This document shows, one piece after another, positions 1-9,073 of a DNA stretch of 25,769 nt. This DNA comes from Paramicrosporidium saccamoebae KSL3. Lineage: Eukaryota > Fungi > Cryptomycota. The first letter of the stretch is position 1. Every line of letters starts with the position of its first letter. Location of the stretch: contig MTSL01000198.1 in the NCBI GenBank assembly GCA_002794465.1, forward strand, positions 26,730-52,498, given 5' to 3'. The position numbers and the translations under genes were made by a program. The notes under the pieces are model-generated. The model was not told where the DNA came from and searched no databases. It was given only the letters and a program-made list of their open reading frames with translations.

Positions 1-604
1 CGGCCAGTGTCTCGGCCTTTGGATTTCTTGCTGCCTGGAGGAATCTCAGAGTGTATTGATCGCCCAGATCCCTACCCACACAGCCCTTTGACTGCGCCAA
101 TCCTACAGCACGACCCCAAAGGAGAGCCTGCGCAAACACTTGAGCCACATCTTTCCATTGCTCACAAATTGGACGCTTGTCCTGGGAATTCTTGAGCGCA
201 TCAGACACTTGTTGGTCGGTCATATTAGCGCCGCCTCGAAGCTGTCGTACTACCTCTTCGCGCTTCCTAAAATACGCAAGACGATGCTCGCCAAAACGCG
301 GAAGCCAACCAAAGCCCAACAGAGAAGTGTCGACCGACTCGCGCACTGACTGAAGGGCGGATTGAGCCCTCTCGCGAAGGCTGGGGAGATCATTAAGATG
401 GGAATTGCGGTCTGCAATCCGATACTGAATACTTCCCTCATAAAGACGACCCGCTCTAATAGAGTCGGGAAAATCTCGAGCAGCTTGTGCCCCCACCTCG
501 CGATTCTGCTCATCTACATATTCGATGGCCGAGCGGATGTACTCTGTCGAAGAACCGAGAACCAACTGACAGAAACTTGAGAATGCAAAAATATCAAGCC
601 TCAT
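1..604 (-). CDS. Partial CDS (runs off window start): putative secreted protein, paralog of the 730..2574 gene
   Basis: Manual translation from ATG at 604 gives 201 stop-free codons (MRLDIFAFSSFCQLVLGSSTEY...). It is missing from the ORF track, probably because no stop lies in the window. Segment REEVVRQLRGGANMTDQQVSDALKNSQDKRPICEQWKDVAQVFAQALLWGRAVGLAQSKGCV aligns with RAEIIKQLEDDVHMTPDDVQARMRPDNIDVRDHCDEMQDVAEIYAEAFHWDKALEVMDNITCL of the neighbour. The N-terminus is short and hydrophobic. Confidence 0.85.
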   Translation of the reverse strand, partial: MRLDIFAFSSFCQLVLGSSTEYIRSAIEYVDEQNREVGAQAARDFPDSIRAGRLYEGSIQYRIADRNSHLNDLPSLRERAQSALQSVRESVDTSLLGFGWLPRFGEHRLAYFRKREEVVRQLRGGANMTDQQVSDALKNSQDKRPICEQWKDVAQVFAQALLWGRAVGLAQSKGCVGRDLGDQYTLRFLQAARNPKAETLA

Positions 605-729
605 GGTATCGGAACGAGACGCCAAGTCGATAATTTACGATCGCAATAACGGACAGTGTGATCTTTGACCAATTGGGGACCGCTTCCGGTACGGCAAAGT
701 GCGAACCAATTACATAATGACCCTTTTAT

Positions 730-2574
730 TTATGCGTTCACTATTTCGGGGATTTGCGGCTTGTTGTTCGTAGGGCTCTCTGGGGTTGTCCTACCAAATC
801 TGGCTGCTATTGCACTGAACCCTGCACTGCGACCTTGTTGAGTCCTGGTGCCACGTCCACCACCGATGCTGAGCTCATCCATACGTCGCTCGAATTCGGC
901 CATCTTGGCCCTCTGCTCTCGCTCGCGATGGATATTCGTGCTCTTGGAGTAATCAATGTTCTCATGCACCACCTGGGAACTCCCGCCCACTTTATTGAAA
1001 ATGGGGGGAAGGGTGGCTATCTTTTCACCATAAATCTTGAGGGGCTTCGATGCTGATCGCAGAGAAAGTGTCGGCTTTGGGATCCCCTCGCGCATAATCT
1101 TCTCTCTCTCCGCCTTTTTAGCTTCCTCGAATTTGTTAAAGATTGTATCTGTGATGACTGCATACTTCGGATTGTAGTTTGTCTGCCAGCCAGGGGGAGT
1201 GCCTGTCCATCTTTGTATGTCGTTCTTGAGCAAATCAAACGCATCGGTTGATTCTCTATCAGGATCTGAGAGCTGGTACAGCTCACGTGCGGATAGACGT
1301 CGGATGAGTTTGTAACATGTGCGCATCCAGCTGTCTTCGGTCCGTCCAGGTCGAGATGGGAATGCTTCCTGAAGCCAAATCCAGGCCAGCCATGGGTTAC
1401 CCGCCTTCTTGTAATACTCGTAGAGCAGACGGGTGTAAGTGTAATAAGCATGGACTCCAATGGAGCGCTGCAAGCGGAACTTTTCCTTAATGACAGTGAT
1501 AAAGTGGATATAGACGAGCGTACTCTTGTCGAGGGCCTCGCTAAGCTTCTCTGTCTCAATTTGCGCAAGTTGTCCATATAAATTGGGATAGTATAGGACC
1601 ATTACTTGGTTTGGATCTTCCAGAATCTGAGGCTCAAGGGCAAAGATCTTTCGGCGGACGTGCAGGTGGAGAGTCACCATTGCCGCCTGCAGTTCAGTGC
1701 TCTTTCGACGATGGTCTTTGAGATACATGCCATAATCGATGACCTTTTCAACAATGTCCTTGTTGTCGACTTTCATGCGAGTTGGTACCCCAATCGCAAA
1801 GGCGCCAATCAGAGCCGCCTTGTGGGCAACAGTGCGGAGACACGTTATATTGTCCATGACCTCAAGGGCCTTGTCCCAATGGAAGGCTTCTGCGTAAATC
1901 TCGGCTACGTCTTGCATTTCATCACAGTGATCCCGAACGTCAATATTATCGGGCCTCATCCTTGCTTGAACGTCGTCTGGCGTCATATGGACATCGTCTT
2001 CCAATTGTTTAATGATTTCAGCGCGCCGTTCATGATGCTTAATACGGTGGAATGCATATTCATTCCGATGACCAAAGTGCATGTACCCCAAATCGAGATT
2101 TACAACGTTCCGTTTGACACCCTTGTCAAGGAAGTAGTTTGCAGCATCACGTAGCATGTAGTACTGGTGGTCCATGCCATTTACTGTTACGAGTTCTCCA
2201 AAGGGGAGGTTCCAGTCAGCCTCTTTATACTTTATCCGTGCTTCTGTGTACCTTTGCTCCTTCATCAGATCAATAAACGACTGCATTGCATTTGCTCCAG
2301 TTGCAGTGTTCCAAGTCTCTGTACGCTCAAAAATGTCAAGCGCGTACGGTAACTCTGGTACAACACGGCGTCGGCGATTTTCAGCCTCCACTTCATTTTG
2401 AAAGGCCTCTTTCTCGCGCTGATCGTGCGGGTCGGAACCTTCGTCGCCAGTCTGCTTGTGCTGTTCGGGCCTCTCTTCATCTAGCTCTACATGTGGTTTC
2501 TGTCCCTCATTCTCACTGGATTCTACCAAGGTGCATTGCAGCAAGCAGATGATCAGCAAGAGCACCACCTTCAT
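730..2574 (-). CDS. Putative secreted, mainly alpha-helical protein of unknown function (~614 aa)
   Basis: 634-aa ORF (730..2634). The ATG at 2574 opens a typical signal peptide (MKVVLLLIICLLQCTLVES), followed by a charged low-complexity segment. Upstream ATGs up to 2634 cannot be excluded. No recognisable domain. Confidence 0.85.
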   Translation of the reverse strand: MKVVLLLIICLLQCTLVESSENEGQKPHVELDEERPEQHKQTGDEGSDPHDQREKEAFQNEVEAENRRRRVVPELPYALDIFERTETWNTATGANAMQSFIDLMKEQRYTEARIKYKEADWNLPFGELVTVNGMDHQYYMLRDAANYFLDKGVKRNVVNLDLGYMHFGHRNEYAFHRIKHHERRAEIIKQLEDDVHMTPDDVQARMRPDNIDVRDHCDEMQDVAEIYAEAFHWDKALEVMDNITCLRTVAHKAALIGAFAIGVPTRMKVDNKDIVEKVIDYGMYLKDHRRKSTELQAAMVTLHLHVRRKIFALEPQILEDPNQVMVLYYPNLYGQLAQIETEKLSEALDKSTLVYIHFITVIKEKFRLQRSIGVHAYYTYTRLLYEYYKKAGNPWLAWIWLQEAFPSRPGRTEDSWMRTCYKLIRRLSARELYQLSDPDRESTDAFDLLKNDIQRWTGTPPGWQTNYNPKYAVITDTIFNKFEEAKKAEREKIMREGIPKPTLSLRSASKPLKIYGEKIATLPPIFNKVGGSSQVVHENIDYSKSTNIHREREQRAKMAEFERRMDELSIGGGRGTRTQQGRSAGFSAIAARFGRTTPESPTNNKPQIPEIVNA

Positions 2575-3064
2575 TGCCAAGCTCGCGTTATTGGCGAGGG
2601 GAAGAACCACTTGAATTACATCTTCCATGTCCAATCATCGTTAATCTTACGGAACCAATCAAGTCTCTAGTCTGTCCTAAAATCTCACCAATCTGAATTA
2701 TGCTATTCAGAAACCCGCAGCACTTATCACGGAGCATCTAATTGAAGTGCTCAGGGTGTGGTCGACACAGGCTATCTATAAGAGACCGCCATTAAGATCT
2801 AATAAACAACCCGTTAGTGGGTGAACCACTTTTATTAAATTATGCGGCTTCTTTATAGATCGCCATTCTTATTATAACCAGACTGAACTGTGAGACCGCT
2901 ATCTGGGTCGAACTCGCCAATAATAAGCGGATGCTGTTTAACACAACTTTTACTATTCGATCCCACTGCGACTGCACAGAGGCCGTGCTGTGCCGGGGTT
3001 ATGGCCTACCCTGTTCCAGTATATTACAGGGGCCAAGTTCATTTGTCACACCCTGGTCTCAACG

Positions 3065-4624
3065 ATGGCCAAGCATAGCCTTCTGTCCTGCTTCTTAATC
3101 TTTCTTGGCCTTGTCAACTGTGCTCGCGATAGTGGCCGTGCCAACGGTTCTTATAATCTCGGAAATGACAAATTTATCCACACTACTGTTGAGTATAAGA
3201 AGGGCGACAGTGGAAAGATTCTAGCGAGCATGCCTGCGAATCTTAAGAATTTACCCTTAGAGATAAGCAAGGTGACAGAGAATCCTTCTGAACGTAACAG
3301 CAACGGCAACGTCAAAAAATGGATAACCGTGTCTGTCTCCGAATCTGCCCCAAAACCCAGGCCCAGTACTGGTACCAGGATCGACCACAACTCTCGGATG
3401 AGGAACGCTGTATTTTTTCCTAAAGCTCCCGCGCCTACCAGCTCGTCTAGGCCTGCAAAATCAGCATCAGATCCTTGGGCATGGAATCCCTTGGAATCGA
3501 ATCCGACTACAGTGAGTGAAACAGCGGGAACTAGAATCATAAATACGCAGCAGACCCTATACTCGCAAATGGATCGACAGCCTCAGAGGCTGACCCGAGA
3601 ATCACTTACAGAGCCAAAGGAGCGAGTCATTCTGGAGCGGAAAGAGCGGCCTAACCCACACTTGGAGCCAAAAAGGCTATATATTCCACCCTTAATGCAG
3701 GTGGTGCGGGCCACCCCAGTGAATCAAGTGACACAGACCATCTCAGCAGCGAAGAAAATTGCTCCACCCTTAATGCAAGCGGTACAGGCTATTCCAGTGG
3801 TGCAAGTAAGACACACCATCCCACCCTTGAAGCAAGCAACACAGACTATCCCACCCTTGAAGCAAGCAGCACAGACTATCCCATCCTTGAAGCAAACGGT
3901 GCGGACTATTCAACCAGAAAAAGGGGCTAGTCCGCCCTTGGTGCAAGTGATGCAGGCTGTTTTACTCTCGGAGCTAGTGGAACAACCCATTCCACCCTTA
4001 ACGCAGGCGGAACAACCTATCCCGCCAGTGAAGCGAACTGCTTCATCCCCGCAACATTTGGTGTTGGATGTCCCAAATTCGACGCGAATGGTACAGACTA
4101 CTCAATCAGCGAAGCCGCCAATGGAGCGGGCCATTCCACGCTTGGAGCCAAAGGAGCCATCTCCCCCATCCTTTGCTGGTAATTTTCAGAATGCATTCCA
4201 CTCTTACAAAGGCAGCACACAATTCGAAGTTTCTGAGCATTTTTACGGAACACTCTTTTCTGGAGAAGAATATCGAATCTTGTTGGCCTCTGTTGGGAGT
4301 GACATTGCCGTTCTCGCCATGGAAGATGAGAGCACAGATCCAGCAGTCATTTTGAACAGAGTCATCACAGAGGGACTATCAACAGTCGTCAGAAGTGTTA
4401 AGGGCATCTCTGGAGTCCTCATCAGAGAGCAATCGCCAAGGGTGGTGGAGCTTGTAGAAGGACCACTCTCTGTAAGAATCGGTGGTAAGTATTTGGCAGG
4501 TGACACTCTACCCGAGTTTCAAAACTTTCTGGTGCGCCGTATCAGTGATTCAAAAGGCAAATTCAACTTGGTACTTAAAAGATCATACCACTACTTCCAA
4601 GGTCCGCGTGTTGCGGTAGTTTAA
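3065..4624 (+). CDS. Array gene A: putative secreted protein with Pro/Gln-rich repeat linker and one C-terminal copy of the ~130-aa family domain
   Basis: ORF-track start 2990 is GTG; first ATG at 3065 gives signal peptide MAKHSLLSCFLIFLGLVNCA. C-terminal domain FQNAFHSYKG...SGEEYRILLASVG...SGVLIREQSPRVVELVEGPLSV is shared with genes B, C and D. Confidence 0.85.
   Translation: MAKHSLLSCFLIFLGLVNCARDSGRANGSYNLGNDKFIHTTVEYKKGDSGKILASMPANLKNLPLEISKVTENPSERNSNGNVKKWITVSVSESAPKPRPSTGTRIDHNSRMRNAVFFPKAPAPTSSSRPAKSASDPWAWNPLESNPTTVSETAGTRIINTQQTLYSQMDRQPQRLTRESLTEPKERVILERKERPNPHLEPKRLYIPPLMQVVRATPVNQVTQTISAAKKIAPPLMQAVQAIPVVQVRHTIPPLKQATQTIPPLKQAAQTIPSLKQTVRTIQPEKGASPPLVQVMQAVLLSELVEQPIPPLTQAEQPIPPVKRTASSPQHLVLDVPNSTRMVQTTQSAKPPMERAIPRLEPKEPSPPSFAGNFQNAFHSYKGSTQFEVSEHFYGTLFSGEEYRILLASVGSDIAVLAMEDESTDPAVILNRVITEGLSTVVRSVKGISGVLIREQSPRVVELVEGPLSVRIGGKYLAGDTLPEFQNFLVRRISDSKGKFNLVLKRSYHYFQGPRVAVV
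3821..3910 (+). repeat. Coding tandem repeat, 3 x 30 nt (PPLKQATQTI-type), within a wider PPLxQ repeat region (~3686-4030)
   Basis: ccacccttgaagcaagcaacacagactatc / ccacccttgaagcaagcagcacagactatc / ccatccttgaagcaaacggtgcggactatt. Confidence 0.9.
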
Positions 4625-5067
4625 AAATAGAGATAGACATAGAGCCTCTTATATCTGGCATTTATAGAATATAAAACTACTATTCATGCGGTTCTTGTCC
4701 AAAGTTGTAGACTAGCAATCATTTCTTTTTCAGGATTCAAATAAAAATCCTCTGTGTGATAGAGCGGATTGAACAGCTGGCTGTTTGGGGATGATTTCCT
4801 AGTTTGGAAAAACCGAATAAAGACTGAGATCTATACCATTACTATTCTAGATTTATTACGCTGTTTACGAGACTGAAAGTAGGTTGATAAATTGATAATG
4901 AACGAATTTTCCTCTCGCTCCTTTCCGCCTCTTCCTGCTTGACTTTGTCTGTGGTATTTCCCCCCCCCCTCACTACGCGACAGATTCACCATTTATCCCA
5001 CACTATCCCATGCTTGTGACTCGGCATTGCCGGGGTAGGACTGCCACAGCTAGCATTTGCCACAAGA

Positions 5068-6792
5068 ATGTTGGGACATACTCTGTTGTGCTCGCTTACT
5101 CTTTTTCTCATCACTACTCACTGCTCAAAAGAATCTCGACAAAATCCAAGGCTTCCGGAAAGTAATCCTGGACATCCTAAACTCCATGCCGCTCCGCATG
5201 CAGTGTTTGGCGTCTTCGATACGGTTACAGGCAAATCTCAAACGAGAGCTGTATCGGCCTTTGTCAACGGTGACTATGACGGTTACTCAGTCACGCTTAA
5301 TACTTGGTATAGGAAGGCTTTATACAATTCCTCTTTAGCGCCCATTTCATCCAGAGCTTCAGGTACGAGCACGAGTTCATCTTTAAAGCCACAAGTGGAA
5401 GAAGTTGTTGGTGAGACAACTTTTTCTATCAACTGTACCACTTGGTTACCTTTTGTAAGGACCCCTAATGGTCTGCAGATAAATGCTGGAGCCTACAGGA
5501 TCGTAGTGCAAACTAAGGGAAGCCAGATATTCGTAGTGACTATCCCGAAATCTGTGAGAATTGATAGTTACATCCAAGATATTAGTTGTCACGGGTTAAC
5601 TAAAATGGCCCGCACGGATTCCAGCGTCACAGGAATGCTTATCCAAGATTGTGCGAGTGATGTCCAAGGACAATATGAATCTGGCCCCTTGCTCTTTGCC
5701 TTGGACGGCAGAGTACTCGCTGCAGCCTTTGACTGGAGTACCCTGGATTTTTCGCAGTTACGTGTCTACGATTCTGAGGGAAATATTGACGTGATGATCC
5801 AGAGACAGCAGCCCAGCGTTCAAGTTGACACCGCCTCTGCCCGTCCATCGGTTCGGCAGAGCCCGGAAAAGCCAGCATATACACCCGTTTGGGGCAAGTT
5901 TGCAAGTGCGATTTATTCTTATAAAGGCACGACGACGCTCACGGCAGTGTCTGTCCCCAATGGAGTAAGATTTACTGCTGGTGATTACATGATTGCGTTC
6001 CAAACATGGGGGAACCAGATGGCCGTCTTGGCCACTACCGACTTTGTTCGCATGCCTGAATTTGTCAACGGGACAGAAACTCAAACCATTACTGAACTAC
6101 GTCACAAATATCCCAACTCTAACATCTCAGGAGTCGTAATACGGGATTATATGGGTACCAACATACAATACGCACCTGGACCGCTAGTCGTTTCCGTGGA
6201 TGATGAACAACTCACCACCAGATTTGAATGGAAATTATTCAATTTTGATCGTCTTTGTGTCTATTTTCATAATAGAACAATCGACATGACGATTAGGAAA
6301 GAGCATGGCCACTTTAATCCTCTCCAAAGAACTCTGACCCGCGAGCAAGCGATCCCAGCCACTCTGACGTTTATCGACACGTTCCGAGATGCCAATTATT
6401 CGTACAAGTGTGTCACGCAATATAAGGTAACTGAGCATTTTCATGGCGTTCTATTCTCTGGAGACCAATACCGAATTTTGTTGGCCTCGGTTGGGAGAGA
6501 CATTGTCGTTATCGCCATGGAAGATGAGAGTTTAGATGCGACGATTGTCTTGAACAGGATTCTCACAGACGGACTACAGACAACCGCCAGCAACGTTGCG
6601 GGTCTGTCTGGAATCCTCATCAGAGAACGATCGCCACGCGTGGTAGAGCTTGTGAAAGGGCCGCTGTCTGTGCTAGTCGGTAATAGAGCTTTGAAAAATG
6701 ACACTCTCTCCGAGCGTCAAACTTTGCAGGCGTACCAGGTCACTGATCCAAATGACAAGTTCCGCCTGGTGCTCACTAGACTGAACCAGTAA
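5068..6792 (+). CDS. Array gene B: putative secreted protein with three tandem copies of the family domain (574 aa)
   Basis: ATG start, signal peptide MLGHTLLCSLTLFLITTHCS. Three repeats each contain Y.I/L...SG(TG)..IR(IQ)...GPL: RTPNGLQINAGAY..ESGPL, SVPNGVRFTAGDY..APGPL and SGDQYRILLASVG..VKGPL. Confidence 0.88.
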   Translation: MLGHTLLCSLTLFLITTHCSKESRQNPRLPESNPGHPKLHAAPHAVFGVFDTVTGKSQTRAVSAFVNGDYDGYSVTLNTWYRKALYNSSLAPISSRASGTSTSSSLKPQVEEVVGETTFSINCTTWLPFVRTPNGLQINAGAYRIVVQTKGSQIFVVTIPKSVRIDSYIQDISCHGLTKMARTDSSVTGMLIQDCASDVQGQYESGPLLFALDGRVLAAAFDWSTLDFSQLRVYDSEGNIDVMIQRQQPSVQVDTASARPSVRQSPEKPAYTPVWGKFASAIYSYKGTTTLTAVSVPNGVRFTAGDYMIAFQTWGNQMAVLATTDFVRMPEFVNGTETQTITELRHKYPNSNISGVVIRDYMGTNIQYAPGPLVVSVDDEQLTTRFEWKLFNFDRLCVYFHNRTIDMTIRKEHGHFNPLQRTLTREQAIPATLTFIDTFRDANYSYKCVTQYKVTEHFHGVLFSGDQYRILLASVGRDIVVIAMEDESLDATIVLNRILTDGLQTTASNVAGLSGILIRERSPRVVELVKGPLSVLVGNRALKNDTLSERQTLQAYQVTDPNDKFRLVLTRLNQ

Positions 6793-7017
6793 TTGAAAGC
6801 TGATTCAATTAGAAATAATAGCAGTATTACTTTATTATTGTGAATGGGTATACACGATCATAAAGCACTAATAAAATATCTTGACTACATATCTCACATG
6901 TCTAGGATAATAATGTGGCGGCCACGATGAGAGCCGCAGCGTTCACATCTCCACGTGCCGGGCTTGTATCCTGAAAGATTGCAGGGGCTATTTCCATCTA
7001 GCAGGCCGCTTTCAACC

Positions 7018-8883
7018 ATGGCCAAACTCGCCCTGCTGGAAGTGCTATTAATTACGCTCGCCGTACTCTGCTACTCTTCAAGACCTGTCACGCGCAGTTT
7101 GACACATAGAAGTCTAGCGACCTCCGAGTCTGACACTTCAGGCACCAGTAACAGACAGTCCCAGGCGAAGGGTAGGCTTGATCCCCAAGACACATCTTTA
7201 ACCAAGCCCAAGGAAATTGTTCAAAAACAAAAAACTGTTAACCCCAAAAAAGCTACAGAAGACACCTCTACAAATCCCCAGAAGGCTGCTCGGATAAAAC
7301 TCCTTGTCATCCCCAAGACAGGCAGGAGAGCTACAAAAGACACCTCTACAAACTCCCAGATACAAAGACTTGTCGTCCCCAAGACGGTCTCGGAACATTC
7401 CTCTATAAACTCCCCTTCAAGCAAGCCAGGTCCCCAGGGGAATGTTCGGATACAAAGACTTGTCGTGCCCAAGACAGCCTCTGATGACGCCGCAGATTCT
7501 TTTTCAAGCGGCCCAAATCCTCAGGAGGATACTCTGATGCAAAAACCTGTTATACCCAAGACAGTCTTTGATGGCGCTACAGATTCTCTTTCAAGTGATT
7601 TACATCCCCAGAGGATTGCTCTGATGCAAAAACTTGCTGCACGCAAGATCAAACCTATCTCTCCTCCTTTAAGCAACCCCTTGAAGCATTCCTATACACC
7701 AGTCACCTAAAATGTTTCTGCAGCAATAATCCAAGACTCGTACAAATCGAATGGTTCTACCAGCAGCCCTTTGGCTGATGCTCTTGGTCTCTCGTCAAGT
7801 GGCCCTGTACTGAGTGTTCCAACCGTCGATCCAGTACTGCCGCACCGTCCCAACCTTGCCACTAGAGATAATTCCACGCCGATATTGCCATTACCCCGAT
7901 TCATATTGAAAGGTCACGCGTTATTCCCAGTGGTAGACATTCCCAACGGGAAAGTGATATTAGCTGGCACTTATTTGGTCGTGCTTCACTCTACCAACCA
8001 ACTGGTGGCCGTCCTAGCCATCTCCGATATGAATGTGGACGTGAGCAACATTATTGATGAGGTCGAGCGAAACGGCTTAATCAAGGCACACGAGAGATTT
8101 CCAGCCCTCGGCCTTTCTGGGATGGTAATCAGAATTGACACCACCCTAAACGTGCAAAATTTGCCTGGGCCTTTGGTGTTTACCACAAACAAAACTGAGC
8201 TTTCCTTCGAATTTAGCGGCAACATGCGTGCTCTCGGGAACTTGGCAGTACAGGACAGGAAAGGAAAGATTCGCTTAAAAGTCAAGGAAAGCCAGCAACC
8301 CATCCCTCAGGCCCAATCTATTGGACAACAAAATAATGAGAAGCAAACCCGAGAATCAACGCCAGAACAAAGTCTAAGAATGCTGCGGCAGCAGCTTTCC
8401 GAAATCTTACCGAGGCAGCCCGCCCCACGCTTGGAGCCGAAGGAATACTTCATCCAGGATTTTACTGGTAACTTTCAGAATGCGTTTCACTCTTACAAAG
8501 GCCGTACGCGTTTTGAAAGCTCCGAGCATCTTTACGGAACACTCTTTTCTGGAGAAGGATATCGAATCTTATTGGCATCGGTTGGGAAAGACATTGCTGT
8601 GCTTGTTATGGAAGATGCAACCACAGATGCGGCAGTCATCTTAGACAGAGTTCTCACAGAGGGACTACAGGTAGCTGTCAGGGGAGTTGCAGGTCTCTCT
8701 GGAGTCCTCATCAGAGAACGCTCGCCAAGAGTGGTGGAGTTTGTGAAAGGGCCGCTATCTATGCTAATCGGTGTTAGAGCTTTGGCGAATGGCATTCTAC
8801 CCGCGCTTCAAACTTTGCAGGAGCACCAGATCATTGATTCACATGGTAGGTTTTACTTGGTGCTCACTAGACTGAATCTGTAA
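7018..8883 (+). pseudogene. Array gene C: secreted two-domain paralog interrupted by one in-frame TAA (7708-7710)
   Basis: ORFs 6955..7710 and 7771..8883 are in the same frame. Reading through gives LKHSYTPVT*NVSAAIIQDSYKSNGSTSSPLADALG, aligning gap-free with gene D LRRSNTLIEQPIPATVIQEMHGSGASISSPLSTVLG; the stop sits opposite Gln (CAA). ATG 7018 opens signal peptide MAKLALLEVLLITLAVLCYS. Pseudogene versus sequencing error or allele is unresolved. Confidence 0.7.
7250..7640 (+). repeat. Coding degenerate repeats (V(I/V)PKT units; 78-90 nt period)
   Basis: gctacagaagacacctctacaaatccccaga versus gctacaaaagacacctctacaaactcccaga; gatacaaagacttgtcgt(c/g)cccaagac occurs twice, 90 nt apart; protein LVIPKT, LVVPKT, LVVPKT, PVIPKT. 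Confidence 0.8.
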
Positions 8884-9073
8884 TTGAAAATCGATATCAT
8901 TAGAGATAATAAAAGTGTTGCTCTATTCTTTTGAATGGATATACACGATCAACAAGCCCTAATAAAATCCCTCGCCTACACACCTTGCAACAGCATTCAT
9001 TGTGTACTGAAGCTATTTCCATCACATCAGCAGAGAGCCAGGGGTGCTTGAATTCAACAAGCTGTTTTTAGCC

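Noticed and set aside
10-22. U2 snRNA 5'-like TCTCGGCCTTTGG
   Set aside because: No branch-point recognition sequence follows, and it lies inside the minus-strand CDS.
7708-7710. TAA recoded as Gln (alternative genetic code)
   Set aside because: TAA is the homologous terminal stop of genes A, B, C and D, of RPS13 and of Rab1; no other long ORF contains an internal TAA or TAG.
7702-7723. 22-nt GT-AG intron removing the stop in gene C
   Set aside because: Removal shifts the frame into an immediate TAA, it is shorter than the other introns, and the segment aligns with coding sequence of gene D.
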